A DNA stretch of 64,000 bases from Archangiaceae bacterium (GTDB taxonomy: Bacteria > Myxococcota > Myxococcia > Myxococcales > Myxococcaceae): positions 2,331 through 66,330 of the forward strand of contig JBBIOE010000008.1 in assembly GCA_037443525.1 (NCBI GenBank), in the 5' to 3' direction. The translations under genes and the position numbers were made by a program. The notes under the pieces are model-generated. The model made no database searches. It was not told the origin of the DNA and saw only the letters and a program-made list of their open reading frames with translations. The stretch's first letter is position 1, and each line of letters opens with the position of its first letter. Shown here piece by piece: positions 43,384-52,561 of this stretch.

Positions 43384-45963
43384 ATGGTCCGTCCACTCTG
43401 GTTGGGAGGACCCAGCGTGGCCGAAGACGCGATCGCCCAAGCACCGCCCGAAGGCTTCGAACGCGCCATGCGAGCCGAATTCGGCCCCCTCACGCGCTGG
43501 GTGGCCGAGGAGTTCTTCTCGCCGGTGCGCTGCACCCCCCAGACGCTCGCCACGCTCAAGGGGCTCAGCGATCGCGGCTTCGTGGTGCACGTGATGCGCA
43601 CCACCGCGTGGATCAACTTCCTCTACCTGGTGTGGCTGATGGTGCGGCACGGCCTGCCGGCGGTGCGCGCGGTGGTGAACTTGAGGCCCTGGTTCACGAG
43701 GCCCTGGACCAAGTGTGACCTGCACAGCGACTTCGCCACCCGCTTCGGCCAGGCGGCGAAGCAGGGCACCAGCGGCCTCATCTTCCTGCGCGAGAGCGCC
43801 TTCAACTCCGCGCGCGGCGTGGAGACGCGGCACGACCCCTTCCCTGCCCTGGTGGAGCTGGCCAAGAAGTCGGAGCGGCCCGTCTACCTCGTGCCCGAGC
43901 TCTTCCTCTGGGAGAAGTGGCAGCAGAAGCTGACCCCCAGCATCTTCGATCGCGTCTTCGGCAGCCCCGAGGCGCCCGGCTTCCTGCACTCGCTCGGGGC
44001 CTTCTACCGGAACCACAAGCGCGCCCAGTTCCGCGTCGGTGAGCCGATCGACCTCAAGCACTTCGTCACCGAGAACCCAGACACGCCGACCGAGGTGCTC
44101 GCCCGCAAGGTGCGCGGCGCCCTGGCCCACCACCTCGCCCGCGAGACCCGCGCGGTGCACGGCCCGCCGCGCAAGGCGCCCGAGCGCATCCTCGACGAGA
44201 CGATGCGGGACAAGGTCTTCCAGCAGGCCCTCGCCGAGGCCGCGCAGGAGAAGAACCGCTCGATCGAGTCCGTGCAGCGCGAGGCCCGGCGGAACCTGCG
44301 CGCCATCGCCGCCAAGTACTCGCCGACCGTCACCGCCCTCGCCTCGAAGTCCCTCGACTCGATCTTCAACCGCATCTACGACGGCGTGGAGGTCGACGAG
44401 GCCGGCCTGGAGAACGCCATGAAGGCGGCGTCGAGCGCGCCGGTGGTCTTCACCCCGAGCCACAAGAGCCACGTCGACTACCTGGTGATGAGCTACGTGC
44501 TCTTCAAGCGCAGCTACCAGGTGCCGCTGGTGGCCGCCGGCGCGAACCTGTCCTTCTTCCCCCTGGGTTGGGTGCTCAGGCGGGCGGGCGGCTTCTTCCT
44601 CCGCCGCTCCTTCCGGGGCGACAAGGTCTACACCGCCTGCTTCAAGGCCTACTTGAAGAAGCTGGTGCACGACGGCGTGTGCCACGAGTTCTTCCCCGAG
44701 GGTGGCCGCTCCCGCACCGGGAAGCTGTTGCAGCCCAAGCTCGGCCTCTTCACCTGGCTCGTGGACGCGGTGCTCGAGGGCGCGCGAAGCGATCTGCTCT
44801 TCGTCCCCGTGGCCATCGACTACGAGAAGGTGGTCGAGGGCTCGAGCTACACCCACGAGCTCAAGGGCGGCGAGAAGAAGCCCGAGGACCTGAAGGCCCT
44901 GCTCTCGGCGCCCAAGGTGCTCACCGAGCGCTACGGCCGCATCCACCTGACCTTCGACGGCCCCATCTCGATGATGGACGTGATGAAGGAGCGAGGGCTC
45001 GACCCCTCGAAGCCCATCACCGACGAGGAGAAGAAGGGTCTGGTGCGCGCCATCGCCAACCGGGCGATGTACGGCATCTCCCGGGCCTCGACGGTGACGC
45101 CGCACGCGCTGTTGGCCGCGGCCCTGCTGGCGCACCGCCTCAAGGGCGTCTCGGTGCGGGAGATCGTCGATCGCATCCAGCTCCTCCGCCGCATCGCCGG
45201 CGACCTGGGCGCGCCCATCTCCAAGCAGCTCGTGGACAGCCCCTCCTCGCCCATCGTGCTCGGCCCCGTGCAGGACGCCATGCGCATGTTCGCCTCCGAG
45301 GGCTTCGTGCGCATCGCCGAGGCCCGCGGCGAGCCCATCTACCAAGTGGAGGACGAGCGGCGGCTCGAGCTCTCCTTCTACAAGAACACGCTGGTCAACC
45401 TGATGGCCGGCCGCACCATCGTGGCGTCGGCGCTGCTCGCCTCGGGCCACGACGCCCCCGTCGCGCGCGTCCGCGAGAAGGCCCTGTTCCTCAGCCGCCT
45501 GTTCAAGTTCGAGCTCATCTTCAAGGCTGGCCAGTCCTTCGACTCGATCTTCGACGAGACCCTGACCCACCTGGAGCGGCTCGGGCTGGTCCTGCGCGAC
45601 AAGGATCTGGTCCGCCCCGCGCCGGAGGCGTGGGCCGGGCCCCAGCTCGAGTTCCTGGCCGACCTGGTGCGCGACTTCTTGTGCGCGTACCGGCTCACGG
45701 TGCGCGAGGCCGAGGGGCTGCCCGCTGGCGGGCTCGAGCGCAAGGACTTCTACCGGCGAACCCTCGAGTCGGGCCGCGCCGAGTTTCTTGCCGGGACGCT
45801 CCTGGCGTCGGAGGCTCTGTCGAAGTTGAACCTCGAGAACGCTGTACAGTGGCTGTTGGATCAGCAATTCCTCGTCGACAAAGACAAGAAGCTCTCCCTC
45901 GGGGCGAAGCCCTTGGCCGAGCTGATGAACGAGCTTCGCGCGTTCCTTCCGGAGAATCGGTGA
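43384..45963 (+). CDS. plsB: Glycerol-3-phosphate acyltransferase
   Basis: 859 aa; HXXXXD acyltransferase motif FTPSHKSHVDYLVMSYVL and EGGRSRTGKLL, with collinearity to E. coli PlsB. The start may be the downstream MRAEFG. Confidence 0.8.
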   Translation: MVRPLWLGGPSVAEDAIAQAPPEGFERAMRAEFGPLTRWVAEEFFSPVRCTPQTLATLKGLSDRGFVVHVMRTTAWINFLYLVWLMVRHGLPAVRAVVNLRPWFTRPWTKCDLHSDFATRFGQAAKQGTSGLIFLRESAFNSARGVETRHDPFPALVELAKKSERPVYLVPELFLWEKWQQKLTPSIFDRVFGSPEAPGFLHSLGAFYRNHKRAQFRVGEPIDLKHFVTENPDTPTEVLARKVRGALAHHLARETRAVHGPPRKAPERILDETMRDKVFQQALAEAAQEKNRSIESVQREARRNLRAIAAKYSPTVTALASKSLDSIFNRIYDGVEVDEAGLENAMKAASSAPVVFTPSHKSHVDYLVMSYVLFKRSYQVPLVAAGANLSFFPLGWVLRRAGGFFLRRSFRGDKVYTACFKAYLKKLVHDGVCHEFFPEGGRSRTGKLLQPKLGLFTWLVDAVLEGARSDLLFVPVAIDYEKVVEGSSYTHELKGGEKKPEDLKALLSAPKVLTERYGRIHLTFDGPISMMDVMKERGLDPSKPITDEEKKGLVRAIANRAMYGISRASTVTPHALLAAALLAHRLKGVSVREIVDRIQLLRRIAGDLGAPISKQLVDSPSSPIVLGPVQDAMRMFASEGFVRIAEARGEPIYQVEDERRLELSFYKNTLVNLMAGRTIVASALLASGHDAPVARVREKALFLSRLFKFELIFKAGQSFDSIFDETLTHLERLGLVLRDKDLVRPAPEAWAGPQLEFLADLVRDFLCAYRLTVREAEGLPAGGLERKDFYRRTLESGRAEFLAGTLLASEALSKLNLENAVQWLLDQQFLVDKDKKLSLGAKPLAELMNELRAFLPENR

Positions 45964-47150
45964 AACCCCACGCCACAGTCCGTCTCGTCGTCGCCGCCGC
46001 ACTCGCCCTGTCCGCCTCCGCGTGGGCGCAGGCCTTCGAGCTCGATCTGTCCGAGAGCACGGAGAAGGCCGCGCCCGCTTACCGGCCCATCCTCGCGATC
46101 CTGGGCGCCGTCTCGGCGGAGGCGCCGAGCGACACCGTCACCGCCAACCGCGCCCGGCAGCTCGAGTTCGAGCTGGTGCGCCTGGCCAAGCTCAACGACA
46201 CCTTCCAGTCGGTGATCGACCCCACCTCGGTGGCGGCGCGGCTCGGCGCGAGGAAAGAAGCGGCGCTCAAGTGCGACAACTGGGGCTGCATGGAGAAGCT
46301 CGCCAAGGAGCTCGGCGCGCACCGCATCTTGGTGGCGTCGGTGGAGAAGGAAGGCGTGGGCTCGAAGGTGACGCTGAAGGCGTACGATCCCAGCCAGCCG
46401 GAGCTGCTCTCGGGCTCGGTCGAGTCCGGTGAGAAGGCAGAGCGCACCTTCGCGGGCGTCGGCGGCAAGAGCCAGGCCCAGAAGGACAAGGAGTACCTGC
46501 GCCACATCGCCGGCTTCCTCGTCACCACCCTGGGCAAGCTCACCACCCCGAACGGGAAGATCGTCGTCGACAACCCGGAGCCGAGCGCGACGGTCAACTT
46601 CGACGGCCAGGACGTGGGCCAGGGCCGGCTGGAGGTGGTCACCCACCGTGGCCAGCACACCATCAAGGTCGTCACCGACGCCTACAAGCCCTTCGAGCAG
46701 ATCGTCACCGTCGAGCCGGCGAAGGACGTGCCGGTGAAGGTGCTTCTGGTGGCGAAGCCGCTCGAGCACCCCCTCGAGACGCAGAAGCCCGTCTCCACCG
46801 GGCCCTCCATCGCCTCCAAGCCCGGCCTCTACGTCGCCGTCCTCGGCGTCGCGATGCTGATCGCGGGCGTCGCCATGGGCCAGCAGGCCAAGGCCACCGA
46901 GGCCAAGGCGGTAACCGACGGGACCCCGGGCGCCATCGTCCCGGTCACCCGCGCGCAGATGAAGGACGCGCAGAGCAAGGCCCTGGCGGCCAACGTCTTG
47001 GGAGGCGTGGGGGCGGCGGCGATCGTCGGCGGCGGCGCCTGGCTCTACGTGTCGATCAAGTCCTCGCCCAAGTCCGCGGCCGGCGGCACCGGTGAGCCCG
47101 GAGAGGTGAAGGAATTCGGAGCCATCATCGGCATCGGGGGGAGCTTCTGA
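45960..47150 (+). CDS. Secreted PEGA-domain protein with a C-terminal TM anchor
   Basis: 396 aa from the GTG that overlaps the plsB stop as GTGA; GGAGAA SD. Signal peptide, a PEGA domain (KIVVDNPEPSATVNFDGQDVGQGRLEVVTHRGQHTIKV) and a TM helix near the C-terminus. Confidence 0.55.
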   Translation: MKPHATVRLVVAAALALSASAWAQAFELDLSESTEKAAPAYRPILAILGAVSAEAPSDTVTANRARQLEFELVRLAKLNDTFQSVIDPTSVAARLGARKEAALKCDNWGCMEKLAKELGAHRILVASVEKEGVGSKVTLKAYDPSQPELLSGSVESGEKAERTFAGVGGKSQAQKDKEYLRHIAGFLVTTLGKLTTPNGKIVVDNPEPSATVNFDGQDVGQGRLEVVTHRGQHTIKVVTDAYKPFEQIVTVEPAKDVPVKVLLVAKPLEHPLETQKPVSTGPSIASKPGLYVAVLGVAMLIAGVAMGQQAKATEAKAVTDGTPGAIVPVTRAQMKDAQSKALAANVLGGVGAAAIVGGGAWLYVSIKSSPKSAAGGTGEPGEVKEFGAIIGIGGSF

Positions 47151-48232
47151 TGAACACCGCGCTCAAGGCCGGCTTCGCCGGCGCCCTCCTCGGCTTCGTG
47201 CTCGCCGCGTGCACGGTGAAGCTCGACGACGGCCTCAGGTACACCTGCACCGCCGACACCGACTGCGGCGGAGAGGGCTGGAAGTGCACGGCCTCGACCG
47301 GCAAGGGCTGGTGCTGCAAGCCCAGCCCCGACGGCGTCGAGGTCTGCAACGGCAAGGACGACGACTGCGACGGGAAGGTCGACAACACCGGCAAGGCCGA
47401 GGTCTGCAACGGCAAGGACGACGACTGCAACGGGAAGACCGACGAAGGCTTCGATCTCAACACCCAGGCCGCGAACTGCGGCTCGTGCACCACCCAGTGC
47501 CAGGCCAACGAGGAGTGCGTCGTCGGCAAGTGCACCCGCCGCACCGAGACCGCCTGCAACGACAACCTGGACAACGACAACAACGGCCTGACCGACTGCG
47601 CCGACCCTTCCTGCAAGGATCAGAGCTGCGGCCAGGGCTGCGCCTGCGACGGCCACCAGAAGAGCGAGTTCATCTGCGACGACACCGTCGACAACGACGG
47701 CGACACCAAGACCGACTGCGACGACTCGGACTGCGCGGGCCGCTCCTGTGGCCCGGGCTGCCAGTGCGGGACCGACGGGGGCGTCAAGCGCGAGTCCGAC
47801 TGCTTCGACGCCAAGGACAACGACGGCGACGGTTTCATCGACTGCGCCGACCCCGACTGCCTGGGCAACTACTGCACCGACACCAGCATGGGCCTGTACT
47901 TCACCTGTGCCCCCGGCGGCGTCTGCAACTGCAACGGCGGCCAGATGATTCAGGAGGCGACGCGGGTCTTCTGCTCCGACGGCATCGACAACGACTGCGA
48001 CGGGGTCAAGGACTGCGGCGACCCGCACTGCGACCTGAAGGGCTGCACGTCTCTGAACGACACCGACTGCGTGTGCAAGAACGGCATCAAGACCGAGGGC
48101 AACTGCGGCAACCTCGCCGACGACGACGGCGACGGGAAGACGGACTGCGCCGACTCGGACTGCGCGCCGGGCACCGCCTGCACCAAGGGCGCCGGCGGCG
48201 CGGGCACCTGCTCCTCGGGCACCTGCCAGTAG
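47150..48232 (+). CDS. Cysteine-rich repeat lipoprotein (MopE-like CNGxDDDCDG repeats)
   Basis: 360 aa; lipobox LAAC; multiple …EVCNGKDDDCDGKVDN…-type repeats and ~50 Cys. Its start overlaps the previous stop as TGATG. Confidence 0.65.
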   Translation: MNTALKAGFAGALLGFVLAACTVKLDDGLRYTCTADTDCGGEGWKCTASTGKGWCCKPSPDGVEVCNGKDDDCDGKVDNTGKAEVCNGKDDDCNGKTDEGFDLNTQAANCGSCTTQCQANEECVVGKCTRRTETACNDNLDNDNNGLTDCADPSCKDQSCGQGCACDGHQKSEFICDDTVDNDGDTKTDCDDSDCAGRSCGPGCQCGTDGGVKRESDCFDAKDNDGDGFIDCADPDCLGNYCTDTSMGLYFTCAPGGVCNCNGGQMIQEATRVFCSDGIDNDCDGVKDCGDPHCDLKGCTSLNDTDCVCKNGIKTEGNCGNLADDDGDGKTDCADSDCAPGTACTKGAGGAGTCSSGTCQ

Positions 48233-49183
48233 CTACCGGCAGCGCACCGCGAAGAGCGCCACCGGCGCCGCCAGCCGCTCCGACGAGGTGAAGTAGCCGA
48301 GCCCGTCGGAGCGCCAGGCCACCGCCTCGCCCTGCGGCTCGTCGGCGACCGGCACGGTGATCGGCGGCCGCGCGAAGACGTCCTCGAAGGGCGCGCCTTG
48401 GGGGAGCCTCAGCTCCACCAGCCGGTTGTACATGCGCACCAGCACGGCGGTGCCGCACGGGTTCACGTCGGCGGCGGTGAGCGGCGAGTCGCTCGCGGTG
48501 GGGAACGGAAGCGTGGCCACCAGGTCCAGCGTCGTCGAGACGTCCGGCGTGAGCGGCTCGGGGAAGCGGAAGACGCGGCTCCTGGTGCCGTTCGGCTCCT
48601 TGGTGATGACGTATACGCGGCCCGTCACCGGGTGCACGAAGAGCGCCTCGGCGTTGTTCTTCTCGCTGCCCGGGTAGACGTAGGGCAGCCGCTCCCAGGC
48701 GCCGATGGCCACCACGCCCACCGGCGCGCCCACCTCCACGCTCGGCTCGACGACGCGATAGACGGCGGTGTCGGTGCGAACGCGGCGGTTGTCGCCGATG
48801 TCGCCCAGGTAGAGGCAGGTGCCCTGCGGACACGGCCCCAGGCCGAGGTCCTCCCAGTCGCTGGCCGAGGCGCCGGTGAGATCGAACTCGCCCAGCGCCT
48901 GGGCGCTCTCGCTCAGGGCGAAGAAGCGCGCGGTGTCGCCGGAGTCGTTGTGCGCGTAGAGGACGCCCGGGTGGGCGCGGGAGGCCACGAGCCCGGAGAG
49001 CTCGACCAGGGCCGGCTCGCCCAACAGGCCCGCGTCCACCACCTCACCCCAGCGCGCGCAGCCGCAGCTGGCGCCGGCGTCGGCCACCGAGGCATCGGCG
49101 GCCAGTTGGGGGATCAGCGTGGTCGCCTGCCTCGGCGAGCACGCGGCGACGGCGAGGGCGACGGCGAAGTGGGCGGCACGCAC
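48233..49183 (-). CDS. Hypothetical lipoprotein
   Basis: Lipobox …LAVAAC after a GTG start at 49183 (the start is uncertain; weak SD). Directly downstream of dsbD on the same strand. Confidence 0.4.
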   Translation of the reverse strand: MRAAHFAVALAVAACSPRQATTLIPQLAADASVADAGASCGCARWGEVVDAGLLGEPALVELSGLVASRAHPGVLYAHNDSGDTARFFALSESAQALGEFDLTGASASDWEDLGLGPCPQGTCLYLGDIGDNRRVRTDTAVYRVVEPSVEVGAPVGVVAIGAWERLPYVYPGSEKNNAEALFVHPVTGRVYVITKEPNGTRSRVFRFPEPLTPDVSTTLDLVATLPFPTASDSPLTAADVNPCGTAVLVRMYNRLVELRLPQGAPFEDVFARPPITVPVADEPQGEAVAWRSDGLGYFTSSERLAAPVALFAVRCR

Positions 49184-49212
49184 GGGGCCGCTTATGCCCG
49201 AACCGGCTCGGC

Positions 49213-50649
49213 TTAGGGAGTCCGGGCGCAGGCGGTCAGCGGCGAGACCTTGTGCATCTCGGCGAGGAACTTCTCCGGCGGCAGGAAGCCCGTCACTCGC
49301 GGGGAGTCGAGCACCTTGCCCATGGGATCGATGAAGATCACCGTGGGCAGCCCCTGAATGCCGTAGCGCTCGTAGAGCGAGGTGAGCGCGTCGTTGTCGC
49401 CGGTGCCGTCGACCTTCACGTTCACGAAGCGCTTCGACTCGTCGATGATCTCGCGCGCGACGTAGGTGTGCTGGTCGAGCTCTTTGCAGGAGGCACACCA
49501 GTCGGCGAAGAAGTCGATCATCACCGGGCGGCACTCGGCCTTGGCCTGTGCGAGCGCGGAGTCGAAGGGGACGGTGCCCGGGAGACCGCCGTCGGGGAGC
49601 GCCTTCTCGGGATCGTACTTGAGGCTCCAGGTGAACTCGGGCGCCGTGCCCTGCCCGTCCACCGGCGCGATCGGGAGCTGCCCCGACGCCGCGCCGCGCA
49701 CCAGGAACGCCACCACCAGCGCCGTGACGCCGAGGCCTTTGGGGAGCCACTCGCCCTTGGCCTTGAACGACAGGTGCAGCGCGCCGAGCATCACGCCGGC
49801 GAAGGCCAGGCCCGAGGCGAGCCCGATGCCGCCGAAGCGCCCCAGCACCGCGCCGGCGCTGGCCACGCCCTCGCGGAACGGCGCGAACCCATCACGCAGG
49901 TAGCCGGCCGCCAGCGCCACCAGCGCCACGCCGAAGACGCTCTTCACCCAGTCCATCCACACGCCGCCACGCGGGAGCCGCACGGTGAAGACGCCGATGA
50001 GGAAGAACGGCACGCCGATGCCCATGGCGTAGATGAAGAGCAAGCCCGCGCCGAGCACGGGGCTCTGCGTCCGCGACACCCACGCGAGCACTCCGCTCAG
50101 CACCGGGCCGGTGCAGGGCGCCGCGAGGAAGCCGGAGACGCTGCCCATGAGGAAGGCGCCGATGACGCCCCCGCCGCCCACGCTGTTGAGCTTCATCGCC
50201 AGGCCCGACGGCACCGCCAGCTCGTAGGCCCCGAACATCGACAGGGAGAGGATGAAGAGGAAGCCGGCGAGGAAGAGCACCACCCAGCTGCTGCCCAGGG
50301 CCGAGCCGAAGGCCTTGCCCGACATCGCCGCCGCCACGCCGAGGGCCGCGAAGACCGCCCCCATGCCGACCACGTACGCCGTGGTGAGGAGGAAGGCCCG
50401 CCCGCGGCTGTCCGCCTGCCGGGCGCCGAACACCCCCACGGTGATGGGGATGAGCGGGTACACGCACGGGGTCAGCGAGGTGAGGAGGCCGCCAAGGAAG
50501 ACGACCCCGGTGGCCACCCAGAGCTGCCCGCCGTCGAGCAGGCCCGCGGCGTCGAGCGACGCCGACGGCCCGGTGGGCAAGAGCTCGGGGACGAGGGCCA
50601 GGCTTATCGCCGCCAGGAAGCTGATCCCGATGATCCGTGAACGCGTCAT
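49213..50649 (-). CDS. dsbD: DsbD-family thiol:disulfide interchange protein (CcdA-like TM domain fused to a C-terminal thioredoxin domain)
   Basis: 478 aa; multiple TM helices with the conserved TPCVYP Cys pair and a C-terminal FFADWCASCK thioredoxin motif. Confidence 0.8.
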   Translation of the reverse strand: MTRSRIIGISFLAAISLALVPELLPTGPSASLDAAGLLDGGQLWVATGVVFLGGLLTSLTPCVYPLIPITVGVFGARQADSRGRAFLLTTAYVVGMGAVFAALGVAAAMSGKAFGSALGSSWVVLFLAGFLFILSLSMFGAYELAVPSGLAMKLNSVGGGGVIGAFLMGSVSGFLAAPCTGPVLSGVLAWVSRTQSPVLGAGLLFIYAMGIGVPFFLIGVFTVRLPRGGVWMDWVKSVFGVALVALAAGYLRDGFAPFREGVASAGAVLGRFGGIGLASGLAFAGVMLGALHLSFKAKGEWLPKGLGVTALVVAFLVRGAASGQLPIAPVDGQGTAPEFTWSLKYDPEKALPDGGLPGTVPFDSALAQAKAECRPVMIDFFADWCASCKELDQHTYVAREIIDESKRFVNVKVDGTGDNDALTSLYERYGIQGLPTVIFIDPMGKVLDSPRVTGFLPPEKFLAEMHKVSPLTACARTP

Positions 50650-50746
50650 GAAGAGCCCACTCTATATGCTCTGAGCGCCGAGGCGGTTTCAAGGGTTCTG
50701 CTCGGTGGGCCGGGGAAGAGGACCCGTGGTCGGCACCCTTCGGCGC

Positions 50747-50798
50747 CGCTCAGGGTGAGCGGTGAGACCGCACAGGGCGAACGGTGGGACCGCCGTTC
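50747..50798. repeat. Member of the same repeat family (CGCTCAGGGTGAGCGG …) plus the palindrome GAACGG-TGGGACCG-CCGTTC, which overlaps the flotillin stop codon
   Basis: Seen directly; the palindrome spans 50779-50798 and the flotillin TGA is at 50797-50799 on the minus strand. Confidence 0.45.
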
Positions 50799-52287
50799 AG
50801 GCGGAGCCCGCCGGTGCCTGCCCCTCCTCGCCCTTCTTCCCCGGCACCTCGAGCCCCACCGATCGAGCGAGCCCCAGCACGCCCTCCACCGCCGAGGCGA
50901 TGTAGCCGAAGGGGTTCGCCCCATCGACGGCGGTGACGTGCACTTCCCCCATCTTCTGCTGGAAGGCCTGCGCCAGCTCAGGGAGGCGATTGGCCACGGC
51001 GAGCTGAATCACCTCCGGCGACAGGGTGTTGTCGATCTCCTTCTTCCGGGCGGCGTGGGCGAGCTCGAGCTCGTTGAGCAGCCGCTGTCTGTGCACCTCG
51101 ACCTCGGTCGTTTGGGCCTCGATCTCCGAGAGCCTCAGCTTCGCCTCCGCCACGTCGGCGCGGGCGCGGAAGAGCTCCGCGGCCTGCGCCTCCTCGGCGA
51201 AGCGCGCCGCATGCCGGGCCTGCTCGGCCAGCGCCGCCAGCCGGGCCGCCTCGACCTCGGCCTTCCGCGTCTCGTGGAGCAGCGCCGCCTGGGCCGATTG
51301 CGCGTCGAGCGCCGCGCGCAGCTCGGCCTGCTGCTTCGTCTGGCGCACCTCCTCCTGGTTCGCGAGGAGCGCCAGGCCCAGCTCCCGCTCGATGGCCAGC
51401 GCGCGCGCCCGCGTGGCCTTGTCCTGCGCGAGCCGCTGCTCCTCGACCTTCGCGTCGGAGGCGAGCTTCTCCAGCCGCGCCGCCTCCTCCGAGGCCTGCC
51501 TCTGCCTTCGAATCTGCGTGGCCGCCTCGACGCGCGACAGCTCGATCTCCCGCTCCGCGGTGGCCTCGCCGAGCTTCACCGCGCGCTCCTTGGCCAGCTC
51601 CGCCTCGCGCGCCAGGCGCTCCTGGTCCTGCCGGAAGCGGGCCTGCATGTTGGCGAACACCTGCGCCGACTGCACCCGCACGTCCTGGATCTCGATGGTG
51701 TCGACCACCAGGCCCCACCCTCGATCGGTGCCGTCCTCGACCCGCCCCTCGCCGGAGACCACCGGGGCGATCTCCCGCATCAGCTCCGAGGCCAGCGCGT
51801 CCTTCCGGCGGGTGAGGCAGTGCTCCACCGACAGGTTCGCGACCAGCCGCCGGGTCGCGCCGATGCACATCTCCTCCATCATCTGGGCGAGCTTCTCCTG
51901 CGCCCGCTCGGGGAAGCTGAAGTTCAACATGCGAAAGGCGATCAGCGGCTCGGCGATGCGGTAGACGACGATGCCGGTGACGCGCACCCCCACCTTCTCC
52001 TGGGTGATCTGATCGGCACAGAAGGTGAGCCGCTGCACCGTGGTCGGCACCACCGCCACCGAGTCCCACGGCCACTTGAAGATCGACGCCCCCTGCCCGC
52101 TCGTCGCCACCTGCCCGCCGCGCATGCGAATCACGAACTCCGACGGCCGGGCGTGAATCCACCCCCACCGCTTGAGCTTCTCCGGGTCCTCCTGGGGCTT
52201 GCCGCGCCGCCAGCCCTCCTCGTAGCGCGGGGCGTCGGCGATCTGGGCCTGCGGGGTGAGCTGCATCGAGCGCTCGAGCTTCGACAT
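50797..52287 (-). CDS. SPFH/band-7 (flotillin-like) protein with a long coiled-coil
   Basis: 496 aa from the ATG at 52287 (GGGAGG 8 nt upstream). An SPFH domain is followed by a Glu/Ala/Arg-rich coiled coil. Confidence 0.75.
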   Translation of the reverse strand: MSKLERSMQLTPQAQIADAPRYEEGWRRGKPQEDPEKLKRWGWIHARPSEFVIRMRGGQVATSGQGASIFKWPWDSVAVVPTTVQRLTFCADQITQEKVGVRVTGIVVYRIAEPLIAFRMLNFSFPERAQEKLAQMMEEMCIGATRRLVANLSVEHCLTRRKDALASELMREIAPVVSGEGRVEDGTDRGWGLVVDTIEIQDVRVQSAQVFANMQARFRQDQERLAREAELAKERAVKLGEATAEREIELSRVEAATQIRRQRQASEEAARLEKLASDAKVEEQRLAQDKATRARALAIERELGLALLANQEEVRQTKQQAELRAALDAQSAQAALLHETRKAEVEAARLAALAEQARHAARFAEEAQAAELFRARADVAEAKLRLSEIEAQTTEVEVHRQRLLNELELAHAARKKEIDNTLSPEVIQLAVANRLPELAQAFQQKMGEVHVTAVDGANPFGYIASAVEGVLGLARSVGLEVPGKKGEEGQAPAGSA

Positions 52288-52491
52288 GGCGACCTCCCGG
52301 GTTGGTGTGCGCCCGGGCAGTGCACACCGGCCGCCCTCCAACCCCCCGAGGGATTCCGCGACGATCCGTCTCGACCGGCGCTCCACCCCGGTGCAGCTGC
52401 CCCAGCCCGGCGCGCCCTGGGCCACGACAGCGCACTGCGTCATGAGCGCTTCTGCTCATAACCTCATGGATTGACGCAACGAACCGGAACG

Positions 52492-52553
52492 TGGACTTGA
52501 CGAGTCCACATTCGAATCGTTACAAGGACAGCAATCTGGACCTCCCCGGTCCA
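52492..52553. promoter_or_regulatory. Two copies of the palindrome TGGAC-N7-GTCCA, each followed by CATTCGA, 45 bp apart, immediately upstream of iscS
   Basis: TGGACTTGACGAGTCCAcattcgaa (52492-52508+) and TGGACCTCCCCGGTCCAcattcgag (52537-52553+); the second ends 8 bp before the iscS start. Confidence 0.4.
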
Positions 52554-52561
52554 CATTCGAG

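Noticed and set aside
47209-48291. Alternative +2 frame ORF (360 aa, Arg/Gly-rich) overlapping the Cys-rich lipoprotein gene
   Set aside because: The +1 frame encodes a coherent lipobox plus regular CNGxDDDCDG repeats. The alternative frame is a low-complexity shadow.
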